DNA of 64,000 nt from Octopus bimaculoides. Lineage: Eukaryota. The stretch is from positions 36,575,203 through 36,639,202 of the forward strand of contig NC_068993.1 of assembly GCF_001194135.2 (NCBI RefSeq). The letters are read 5' to 3'. Positions 52,421 to 64,000 of this stretch are shown piece by piece; positions within the stretch are counted from its first letter, which is position 1; each line of letters opens with the position of its first letter. The notes under the pieces are model-generated. The model ran no database searches, had not been told where the DNA came from, and saw only the letters and a program-made list of their open reading frames with translations. The translations under genes were made by a program, and so were the position numbers.

Positions 52421-55239
52421 TCTTTTGATTTTACATTCTGGGTCCAAATGCCACTCAGTTTTACCATTCAAATGCCACACAATGGATGAGTGATTATTAC
52501 AAAAACAAAGAGTATAAGTGTTGACATAGATAACTGAATAAGTGAAAAAAAAAATTGAGGAGCATGAAACCTAAGTATACATAGTATACAAATACTAAAT
52601 GATGATAACACAGCATTCTCAATACAAATTACCTCCATGCAGAGCCAATCAGCTAACTCTAGATCTCTTTGAGCACCAAGAGCAAGTGTCATCACCAACT
52701 GTCATTTTTACAACTTTTCAATAAATTTATTTGAAGACACCATATCTTTCCCTCTCCATCCTCATCTACCATTTCAAGTGAAACTTGAAAAAGGTTGATG
52801 AGGGCTTGACCAAGAAGGGAAACTGTCTATCTTCAGGCCTTTTAACTTTATTCACCACACAAACTGTTTTGGTAAAGTCACTGGACAAAGGAAAACTGCC
52901 TTCCTTGCCTGGTTAAAGAATGATGGTAGAGCAATTATCACAATGGACTCAGCTGATAACCTGAATGTATCCTACATGTGATGGTAACCATTCGACATAA
53001 CACCACATGTCATCAATGCTCAAACACTGACTGAATATATGCAGGACAGTTTTATTGCTTTGCATGCATCTTGGACAGGCCCATCTGATGGTACTTCCAT
53101 ACATCTAGAGTTTATCTTGAATCAATAGAGCCCCTGTGTATCACTACCAAGCTAAGGATTTTAGGAAGTTACCCACAGTAGTCCCCAACCTGATTGTCCT
53201 ATACAACAGACTAACCAATTCATCTTCATCTAATGCCCTGAGTTTACCTGAGGATATCAATGTTTTTCTGCTGACACTGATTCTTTATAGATCTCTTTAA
53301 AAGATTAAGGATAGAGGTAAGTTAGGGATTTACATAGAACAGAGTCTGAAAAAAATAGGTATGACAAACACCTATAAATAAAAGGAATTGCGTTAGAAAT
53401 CTTAATAAGGGCAGTGGATTGACAGAATTGCAAGAAAGCTGGATAAACTGGGGAAAAAAAAACCCATAACTTTTGGGAATATTTTTACACACTTAGAATT
53501 TTCGAAGCATGGAATAAATTACCTACATCAGTCGCCAACTGTCAGGATACCACATCCTTCAAAAATTCCATGCTTCCTGAAATTTATGAAAACTACTCTT
53601 GATGTATCAATATGCTCTTTTTCCTCTTTATGGCTCTTTTACTGTTCACTTTTATATCTTTGTATTTTATGTGAAATCCTCTTTGATGAATTAAATTATA
53701 TTAATTTAAGAAAGAAAAAAGTTGCCCAACAATTGGGTTGCTGAAAACACAACAGAACTCTGGATTAAATATGCATTACAATATTTAGTTTTGTCTCTCT
53801 ATGTTCTAACTTCAAAGCTTATTACTGCTAAATTTATTTTTGAACATCCAACAAACCAAAGTACCATCAATATACTGGAATTTTCACTATATTTAGCTTA
53901 GTAACTGGTTAGCATAAATTATTAACTGTATGTGGGTGCATATGTATGTAAGATTATCCATTCTATCCACTGGTATGAAGCAAGAACTCACTGTATGAAG
54001 ATTTAAATCTTTCAGGCACCAAGAGAAAACTAAAATCTATTTACAGTCTTTAAATTTATTCCTTACCAGTTTTGTGAAATATTCATACTATAACTGATAG
54101 CATGATGAAAGGGACAAAGCATCACATGATGAAAGGGGAAGGAACAGTATGCATGTGTGTACATATACACACACATTTATTTTCTGTATTTTCATGTGTA
54201 TATTTATATTTGTATTTCTCAGTCTCTCTCTGTTGTCACTGTATATTTACACACACTTTCATAACAACATGCACAGATATCAATCTAAAATATAAACCAG
54301 GAAGATCGCATCCATAAAGGTTTCTTTCTCTAGTAGAAGCTCCCACTGAGGTACCCCACTGCGATCTTTATGCTCAGTGAATTCTCACTTTCAAGCAATG
54401 AAAGTGGATAGTTTTACATATACCCAGAATAAATCCTGTCATCAAACAGACACTAGACCAAGTGTCATTGACCATAGCTACACGTTGACCCAAGTCTTAT
54501 GAGTGAAACTGGGTTGATAGAAACTGTGCAGAAGCCTTGTCAGATGGGCTGTATTTGTTATGGGGAAAAAAGTACTAGGCTGGTCCTTTGAATTATGCTG
54601 ATTTCTGGTCCTGGCAGATGATTGTAAAGAATATTTTAAGTGTAGTCTGTGGAATAATCTCATTATAATTTAATCCCACTCATAGAACAATGCAAGAAAC
54701 TGCTCTAGTTGATTGAAACACACACACGCACACTTACATACATACACCCACACATTCTCTCAAACACTCACATATACTTAAGAGTGAATCATTAATGATC
54801 CACAATTAATTTATAGTTGTCCCCCCCCCCCATTAACAGGAAAATTAAAAGTGCATGTACTATTAGATGCATCCTCCTTCTAGTCACTTCTTTAAGTGGC
54901 CACAACTGAGCTGCAATTCACAATGCTACACTAGGAAGCTCTAATCTCCATTTGCTTAGTTAGATCCTCAATTTTTGATTGTACTGCTCTGCTAATAACA
55001 TCAAAAGATAGTCGAGTGGCCCTTAATTTCTATTAGGGTGTAGAAGAATCTCAGAAATGACATCTGATATGGCCTGATGTTCAGCACAGCAGCAGTGGCT
55101 GGTAAAACCTACCCCGAGTCCTGTAACAATAGTAAAAATGGGTGGAATGTGTTCATAAGTCTCTTTTTAGCTTTTTGTGCTCTTGCTGTGAAATGTTTTG
55201 AGGCCTCATGAGAAGCCTGAATGTATGTACCATCAGCTT

Positions 55240-55640
55240 TGGACTGCATGGCACCTTGGGTAAGTGTCTTCTACTATAGCAATGGGTTGACCAAAGCCTT
55301 GTGAGTGAATTTGGTAGATGAAAATTGAAAGAAGTCCGTTATGTGTGTGTGCTTGTGTGTGTACTTGTGTGTGTGTGTGTGCATGTGTGTGTGCTTTTAT
55401 GTGTGTGCTAGTGTGTGCTTGTGTGTGTGCTTGTGTCTCCTTGTCTTACATCGTTTGGTTATTGTAAACGAGTGTCACTCATTTCCATTAATCAATCAAA
55501 GCATAACTGACTATGAGGAAATATCATGATGCTTGGAAATAGGAAAGGGTTGGTGACAGGAAGGGTATCCTGCTGTAGAAAACCTGCCTCAATAAACTCT
55601 GTCTGACCCATGCAAGCACAGAAAACAGAATGATGATGAT
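55240..55640 (+). mobile_element. SINE family 1 body joined to RTE-derived tail B
   Basis: gcaccttgggtaagtgtcttctactatagc...(GT)n...ggttggtgacaggaagggtatcc...gacccatgcaagc, then (gat)n. Confidence 0.75.
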
Positions 55641-56194
55641 TACATTAAACATAACCATTTCCCTTTCTTTCTCGGTGAAAGAAAGAAAGATCAGTGGTTA
55701 GTGATCTGGTCTCTGTGGGCCGAAGTGGTATTAGAGGCCAAAATTGAAAACAGACTTTCAGAACAGGTATAAAGAAGAAGCATGTGCGAAGACGAGACAA
55801 AAGGGGATTGCAGTAAAACATGATGTATTCATACTTTTAAGATCTCAACTGATGTAATAAAAATTTAAGAAATACACAGGGTGGGCTTAAAGTCATGCAT
55901 CAAAACATTTGGCATATTACATTATTATTATTATTATTATTATTATTCAGTAGTTTTATTTTTATAATGTGCTTTCACTTCACTACCGAGTGCAGCTCTG
56001 TGTGCCTTGGGTATGTGCTGTGGTTTGCTGTGATGCTCTTATGGTTACTGTATTGAAAGTGTTTTGCGTAGGATGTGTGCAGTGCCCAGTAGTGCAATTT
56101 TCTGTATGTTATATATATTTGTAAGTCCTGATGTTTTTGTCTGAATATTTTTTTATTATACCTAAGGCACCTACTATGATAGGAATTGTTTCTG

Positions 56195-56234
<40 letters not shown>

Positions 56235-56440
56235 TTTTGTTCATCATGTACAAGCTTGTGTATATATTTCATTCAATTTTAGAAAAATTGAAGCATGTCT
56301 GACAATTCCAGGATGCATTGAACTTATTTTGTATGTGACTTTCGACTTACCTTATGTAATGAAAAAAAACAGAAAAGTTCACTAAATATTGCCTTTCTTT
56401 GAAGCAAATAGAAAGAAGAGCAGCCATGGTAATATTTTTT

Positions 56441-56745
56441 CCACACACCATCCTTTGATGCATCTGGGGTAATTGGGTATATCAGGTTTTAACAAAAATC
56501 AGACACCCTCATTTAGGCTACTGAACCAGAATTGATCAAACACCAGCTCATGTCCACTTAGCACTAGAGCCCAAACCTCCTGATCCACAGTTACCTTGGA
56601 GCAAAATCTGCTGTAAGCATTGCCAACTTGATGGCCTTCAATCTCCTGGCCCTTGTGGTACCCAACATGTTGTATGGTCTACAGAAAGGGTGGCTTGAAA
56701 AACCTTCTGTACCCACCTCAATGGGAGTCACATCATGCTTGCTAG
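56441..56745 (-). mobile_element. 3' end of a HERO-like (RLE-type) non-LTR retrotransposon
   Basis: Minus-strand peptide TPIEVGTEGFSSHPF...LG...AIK...*LWIRR, then a UTR gagggtgtctgat...acccaattaccccag; resembles HERO C-termini (recall-based). Confidence 0.55.
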
Positions 56746-56862
56746 CCACTGTTTCAACTTAACCCCAGCTCAGCAGATTTTCTGTAATAACAAAAACTTA
56801 TATGACTGTAGTGACCAGAGGGTGACCTCCACATCCAGTGATGCATGTACAACTAATTTTCT

Positions 56863-57240
56863 TCATCATCATCATAAAACGACCTCCTTCCATGCTGGCA
56901 CGAGTTGGAAGGTTTGACAGGAGCTGGCAAGTTAGAAGACTGCACCAAGCTCTTCCATCTGTTTTGTCATGGTTTCTCTGGCCAGATGCCCTCCCTAATG
57001 CTAACCACTTTACAGAATGTACTGAGTGCTTTTTATGTGGCCCTGGCAACAGTGAGGTCACTAAGTAACTTGTAAGACAAGACCTCTTGACTAAGGTGGG
57101 AGATATATTGAGGGAAGTGGCCTTGTGCCAGGTGCTGGAAGGTTAGAGTATGAATAGAGGGTCAGAAATAGGTGTTTTGCAGTAGAGGAGATACATGGCT
57201 ACCTCAGTTGGAGAAAGAATAGAGTGAGAGTGGGGAGAGA
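56863..57240 (-). mobile_element. RTE-type 3' UTR/tail element
   Basis: Reverse complement of the family at 17790-18345. Confidence 0.7.
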
Positions 57241-57590
57241 AAGAGAAATAACATAGTGAAGACAGGAATGATTCACTTTTGTGTATGTGTGTGTGTGTGT
57301 ACACACACATATATATAAACGGCTGTTAAAGGATGATGATGATGATGATGATGCACACACACATACATACAATTATGAATATTTGCACAAATGTGTATGT
57401 GCATATTTTAGTGTTGGTGCCACATAAAATGCACCGAGTATAGTCTGTGCAGTGGCTGGTGTTAGGAGAGGCATTCAGCCATAGAAACCATGCCAGGACA
57501 ATGGAGCTTAGTGCAGCCCCTGACCTTATTAGCCCTGGTCAACCCATACCAGAATGGAAAACACATTAAATGGTGATATATATATATATA

Positions 57591-57921
57591 TCATCATCAT
57601 TTAACATCCGCTTTCCATGCTAGCATGGGTTGGAAGGTTTTGACTGAGGACTGGCAAGCCAGAATGCTGCACCAGGCTCCAATCTGATCTGGTAGAGTTT
57701 CTACAGCTAGATGCCCTGCCTAACGCCAACCACTCTGAGAGTGTAGTGGGTGCTTTTACGTGCCACTGGCACGAGGGCCAATCACACGGTACTGGCAACG
57801 GCCACACTCAAAAAGGTGTTTTTTATGTGCTACCTGCACGGGAGCCAGTCCAGTGGCACTGGCAATGACCTCGCTCGAATAATCTTCTAACGTGCCACCA
57901 GCACAAGTGCTAGAAGGTGAC
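57591..57921 (-). mobile_element. RTE 3' UTR copy
   Basis: Reverse complement closely matches 35610-35930. Confidence 0.85.
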
Positions 57922-58045
57922 TCTGGTAATAATTACGCTCAAATATATATACATATATATATATATTCACATTCACACATACATACACATATATACAAAT
58001 ATTTGTGTAAATCTGTGCATAACACACACACACACACACACACAC

Positions 58046-58091
<46 letters not shown>

Positions 58092-59440
58092 CACACACAT
58101 GTATATGTGCACAGGTACACACATCTACACAAACACACACATACATATATAAAGATTAAATAATCTATCACATGGGTGTGGGCCGGAAACCATTCATTAA
58201 ATATGTCCCATTCATAAAAAAATGATGCAGGCAGAGGGAGTGATAAAAAAAAAAATGAAGACACAGATGTTAAATAGACCCTGGAAATGTAGGCGTCGAT
58301 CCAGATGTTGAGTAATTTATTGAGAGAGAGAGAGAGAGTAAATGATTTAAAAACGAATCTCATGTGTGCAAAGATATAGACACACAAAATATAAAGTGAG
58401 CTGGAATTTTGGAAATTTCAGTCAAATAAATAAATGAGATAAATAAAAGTTAAAAAAGAAAATAAAATTAGAAATAAGGGAGAAAAAACAGAAAAAAAAA
58501 TACATTGCAGTATTTCTCATGAGAAATTTCATTGTTGGGATAAAAATTTTGCTGTTGTTTTATACAATGAGAGTCTATTCCCCGCCACCACCACCACCTG
58601 CACTCCACTGGCTCCACCCCACCCACCTATTTATTTTAACTTGTTTTACTCTGTGTGTGTGTGTGCATGTGGGTTCAGTCCTACTGCATGACACCTTGAA
58701 CAAGTTTTCTCTGTTTTATAGCCTCAGGCCTTGTGGGTGGATTTGGTAGCTGAAAACTGAAAGACGCCTGTCGTATGTGTGTGTGTGTGTGTGCGCGCGC
58801 GCGCAACAACTTCACATAAAGAATTAAAAGACCTATCAAACCCTGCTTGGAATATTCAATGACCACTGAACAGTTAGCATTTTACTAATTTTTCTTTTTA
58901 TAAAAATTCTTTTCTTCTTAATTGGGAAATAATGCTTTGGCAATTTAGTGCCACGCACAGTGTTCAACGACACTATACATTGCCCTATGTAAATTGCATT
59001 TCTCTCATTCTACCTTCAACTGCTCTACATCAGAATGGTTCTTTAACTTTCCAAGTGGCATCTCCCTTAATTCTATCTCTGCTATCCTGTTCTGGTCATT
59101 TTGAGTGCATGGCCCAGCCATCTGAGCCACTAATGTCCTATTTCAAGGACCACATGATTATAATTGCAACTACATTTGCTGTACATCTCCATTAACACTT
59201 TGCTGAACCAAAAGATGTAGATGTTTTAATTTAGACATCCATAATACGGAAAACATTGATCTGCTCTTAGTTGTAACTTAGTGGTTCAGCAAAAAAAAAC
59301 AAAAAAAAAAAACAGATACTTATTTAAAGTACCAGACTTTAAGTAAGTACAGGGATCAATTTGCTCAACTAAACACTTCGAGGCAATGCCCCAGCATGGC
59401 CACAGTCCAATGACTGAAACTAACAAATGGAACATAGAAT

Positions 59441-59479
<39 letters not shown>

Positions 59480-59496
59480 CACACATATATAATTGA

Positions 59497-59749
59497 AATG
59501 TGTGACTTAGTGGTTAGGGTATTTGGCATATGATCTTAAAGTCATGAGTTCGATTCCAGGTGCTGCATTGTGTCCTTGAGTAAGACACTTTATATCACAT
59601 TCTGTGTCACAGTGAATCTCCTTGAGAACTATGTTAAGGGTACGTATGTTTGTGGTGTGCTCAGCCACTTACATGTAAATTTCATGAGCAGGCTGTTCTG
59701 TTGATCAAATCAACTGGAACCCTTACTGTCATAACCGATGGAGTACCAG

Positions 59750-59750
<1 letters not shown>
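59497..59750 (+). mobile_element. SINE family 3, second tail variant
   Basis: Matches 44876-45200. Confidence 0.75.
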
Positions 59751-59780
<30 letters not shown>

Positions 59781-61384
59781 TAACATGTGCAAGCATATAT
59801 ATGTAAGGGAATAGTAAAATGGGTTTGTAATAGCCTTGTGCATAATATTTTTACATGTTTTGGTCAGAAGGGAAGGTAGTGCCCATGACCTTTTAACGGG
59901 CCTCAGGAACAGGTGAGAGGGAAGGAGATACCTCTTCCTCCATCAAAAACAAGATTTGACCTGAATGCTCACATCAGAGGGGATTCTCTACTAAAGACAC
60001 CTGTGGCACCATGTAGTGGTGTTAAATTGGGAGACATTAAATCTATACCACCCAAGTAGATCTCAGAGGGATTTGGTCCCAGAAGGATCTGGACCCAAAG
60101 AGATTTTGTCCCAGAGTGATTTGAATCCAAAACACAAGACAGAACAAATACTACATGATATCCAGCTCTATATTCTTTTAATTTTGCCAATCTACTGCCC
60201 TAGATTAGTTTTTTTTTTTTTTTTTTGGCAGCCCCGAAAGGCAGAAAGTCAAACTGATTCTCATGGGATATGAACCCGAAGTGTAGTCAATTGTAAGAAA
60301 TACCAGATAGTATTCTATACAATATTCTAATGACTCGGCCAGTTTCATTGCTGATAGATGAGAGAATGCTAACAATGAACAGGTTATATATTATTGCAAT
60401 ATGTCTATGCATATATGCATATGTATACATGTAAGCATGTGTTCATGCATGCATGTGTGTGTCTGCTTGGATGTGTGTAAGGAAATTCTCTGATAAAAAT
60501 AAGTGCACATAAGCTATTTTCCTAAATGCAAAGGAAATTGTTAACAAACACACACACACACAAAACCATATCTATATATGCTGTAATTTATGTGAATACT
60601 TTCTCAAGGGAAAGTGTATATATGATAGGAGGGTGGAGGTAGTTGTGTGATGGTGGTGGTGGTGGTGTGGTAGGGGAATTCATTCACGTTTTTACCCACA
60701 CCACTGTACTGTCCTAAATATAACAAACCCCAGTTGCAATGCTTTGCCACCTAAAAATGCAATGGAAGAACCAAGCGAGAACCAGTAAACCATAGAAGAA
60801 CTTATGACACTAATTAATTCAGGACTAGTGCCTCTTTTGGTGATGGTGGTGGTAGAAGGAACAAGGAGATGGAGGTGGGAGTGGAGAAGTAGAAGTAGTG
60901 AAAATACACAAGATGAGAGAAGGCGGGAGGGGGGGAGCAGAAAACAAAAAAAAATAGCAAGGAAGCATTTTTATAGGAGGAGCTGTGAAGGATATTCTAT
61001 CCAACATGGTAAAGCAAAAAAATGTCATGGTGCCGGAAATCTAAACCATTATCTCTCTCTCTCTCTTCCCCTCCCTCTCACTTTCTCTCTCTACTCTCCC
61101 CCCCTCTCTCTCTCTCTCACTCTCTCTAAAACAGGACTGTATTTTAGATTAAAGTAACACTTTTAAAATCCTTACAGAGTGGAACAAACTTCAGAAAAGT
61201 TAAGAGACAGAGAAGGCAGTCAAGGAGAGAGGGGTAGAGAAAGAGACAGGGAGAGAGAAGGTGCTTTAATGAAAGAAAGAGTGAAAGTTTAACATAGTAT
61301 ATGCAAGAATGGGAGTAAGAGAAAAAGAGATTAAGAAAGAAGGATACAGGGAGAAGGCAGACATCCAGAAGAGAGGGTGAGACA

Positions 61385-61404
61385 TACTTGAGAGAGAGAG
61401 TAAT

Positions 61405-61455
<51 letters not shown>

Positions 61456-62130
61456 ATACTTGAGAGACAGAGAGAGTAATTCTTGAGAGAGAGAGAGAGA
61501 GAGAGAGTAATTCTTGAGAGAGAGAGAGAGAGAGNNNNNNNNNNNNNNNNNNNNNNNNNNNNNNNNNNNNNNNNNNNNNNNNNNNNNNNNNNNNNNNNNN
61601 NNNNNNNNNNNNNNNNNNNNNNNNNNNNNNNNNNNNNNNNNNNNNNNNNNNNNNNNNNNNNNNNNNNNNNNNNNNNNNNNNNNNNNNNNNNNNNNNNNNN
61701 NNNNNNNNNNNNNNNNNNNNNNNNNNNNNNNNNNNNNNNNNNNNNNNNNNNNNNNNNNNNNNNNNNNNNNNNNNNNNNNNNNNNNNNNNNNNNNNNNNNN
61801 NNNNNNNNNNNNNNNNNNNNNNNNNNNNNNNNNNNNNNNNNNNNNNNNNNNNNNNNNNNNNNNNNNNNNNNNNNNNNNNNNNNNNNNNNNNNNNNNNNNN
61901 NNNNNNNNNNNNNNNNNNNNNNNNNNNNNNNNNNNNNNNNNNNNNNNNNNNNNNNNNNNNNNNNNNNNNNNNNNNNNNNNNNNNNNNNNNNNNNNNNNNN
62001 NNNNNNNNNNNNNNNNNNNNNNNNNNNNNNNNNNNNNNNNNNNNNNNNNNNNNNNNNNNNNNNNNNNNNNNNNNNNNNNNNNNNNNNNNNNNNNNNNNNN
62101 NNNNNNNNNNNNNNNNNNNNNNNNNNTAAT

Positions 62131-62181
<51 letters not shown>

Positions 62182-62238
62182 ATACTTGAGAGACAGAGAG
62201 AGTAATTCTTGAGAGAGAGAGAGAGAGAGAGAGTAATT

Positions 62239-62290
<52 letters not shown>
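61385..62290. repeat. Compound (GA)n satellite punctuated by taat(a/t)cttga, spanning an assembly gap
   Basis: The same unit order appears on both sides of the gap. Confidence 0.85.
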
Positions 62291-62336
<46 letters not shown>

Positions 62337-62444
62337 CACATGCATATACAAGTGCCATAGAGTGTTGGTAAGCTCCCAGCAAACTAAGGGGATACAGTTT
62401 CAATTTCTGGTTAAGAGAAAGAAAGAGATAGACATGTGGATCCA

Positions 62445-62690
62445 CATATGGCTTAGTGGTTGGGGTATTGAGCTCATGATCGTAAGATTGTGGTTTCGAT
62501 TCCTGGACCAGGTGGCACATTGTGTTCTTGAGAAAAACACTTAATTTCACATTGCTCCAGTCCACTCAACTGACAAAAATGAGTAGGCTTGCAATGTACC
62601 AGCACCTTATCCAGGTGGGGAATTTATATGCCATGGAAACCAGCCCTTATGAATTGGCACGGCTCAAGAAGGTAACCTTTGCCTCTTTTT
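62445..62690 (+). mobile_element. SINE family 3, first tail variant
   Basis: Matches 17052-17310. Confidence 0.8.
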
Positions 62691-62824
62691 ACTAGAGATA
62701 AACAGAGACAGAAAGATAATATTTTCCTCACGGCCAGACATGCTCTCACAGAATACTAGGAATAAATGATCCTGCATGTACAACAGTGACACTCATTTAC
62801 AACTGTCACATGTTATCAAGACAA

Positions 62825-62865
<41 letters not shown>

Positions 62866-63438
62866 CACACATTAACGGTGCAAACAAGTAGACAAGTGGT
62901 ATCAAGTCAGAATAAGACATATATTTATACAACTTGAAGGTAGAAAAGAATATTTCAGAGTTTAAATAACAAAAAGATCAATACAGCACAGGTGAAGAAT
63001 GTTCATAACGGTTATAGTAGCAGTTCAGTCAAAACACTGCTTATCACCAATCTTCGTTTAGGTAGCTATAACATCCCTACACTTAATAGTTGAAGTTCCA
63101 AGTTGGAATTTAAGTATGAAGTTCACCAGAGCACTAGTTGTATGTACCTATTATCTTCTGTCCCGATATGCAACATAACCTGCAATACACACACACACAC
63201 ACACACACACAGTAGGTTACTTTCAGGTCACATAGACCAAATCCACTTATGAGGTATTGGTCAGCCCAGGACTCTCAGAGAAGATACTTGCCCTAGGTGC
63301 CATGCAGTGGGACTGAACATGAAACCATGTGATCAGGAAGCAAACAACTACACAATCACGCAAACACCTATACACACACACATATATACACATATGTATA
63401 CATACACATATATACAACCATACACATGTACATGAATG

Positions 63439-63476
<38 letters not shown>

Positions 63477-63552
63477 CTTTAAAGAGAGCTCAAAACTGAT
63501 CCATTGAAAATACTTCTTTTGCCTAATTTTTGGTATAAAAAAATATATATAA

Positions 63553-63583
<31 letters not shown>

Positions 63584-64000
63584 CATACATGTGTATACCT
63601 CTATATACATATACATGCACATATATACACGCGTGCATGAATGTATACATAAATATATGTATACATGTGCGTGTATATTTTGTGTGTGTGTGTGTGTATA
63701 CACATGCATATCTCCACACTTTGGTGTGTGAAAATAAAAAAAAGAAAACAGAACTGAATAACTGAATTAAGGAACAAAAAAGAAAAAAAAAATTGAAAAA
63801 ACAGCAGAAAGTGGAGGAGCATTGTTGCCCCATGTCTGAATGAAATAAGGAAGGCAGACATGCATAGAATGTGACCCAATTGTAGAATTACCCAATGCCT
63901 CCTTGCTGTTGTTGACTCGGCAGGCACCAGCACCGCACCCGTCACTTCACATGATTTCATTTCATTCATATTTCTTGGTATGGCTGATGATGGGAGGAGC

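Noticed and set aside
52795-52830. Second hammerhead-like string (ttgatgagggc...gaaactgtc)
   Set aside because: Stem II and helix I do not pair adequately.

Overview
AT-rich, microsatellite-dense, gapped (N-run) eukaryotic genomic DNA. The repeat landscape (tRNA-derived SINEs with (TA)n/(CA)n spacers, RTE-type tails) looks like an Octopus short-read scaffold; this is an inference. Only one well-supported coding segment is present: a 1062-bp internal exon on the minus strand (13654-12593, phase 1 at both ends). It encodes the Tyr-motif-rich docking region of a Gab/DOS-like (GRB2-associated binder) adaptor. I could not find its PH-domain exons or its C-terminal SHP2-binding exon, so most of the window is probably intron. 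That intron is filled with at least three SINE families, remnants of RTE, CR1/Jockey-group and HERO-like LINEs, a maT-like Tc1/mariner remnant, two TTAA-flanked piggyBac-like MITE families, a hAT-like MITE and a Penelope-like fragment. The most unusual structures are a 286-bp templated mosaic of two distant local segments (25093-25378), a ~224-bp fold-back palindrome (31827-32050), a degenerate hammerhead-like motif (12056-12090), a 38-bp minisatellite born at a SINE-SINE junction (41243-41441), nested elements that give an insertion order, and SINE tail swapping with a co-resident RTE LINE. I found no CRISPR array, rRNA or true tRNA gene, and no novel multi-gene system that I can support. Repeat boundaries were read by eye and are approximate.
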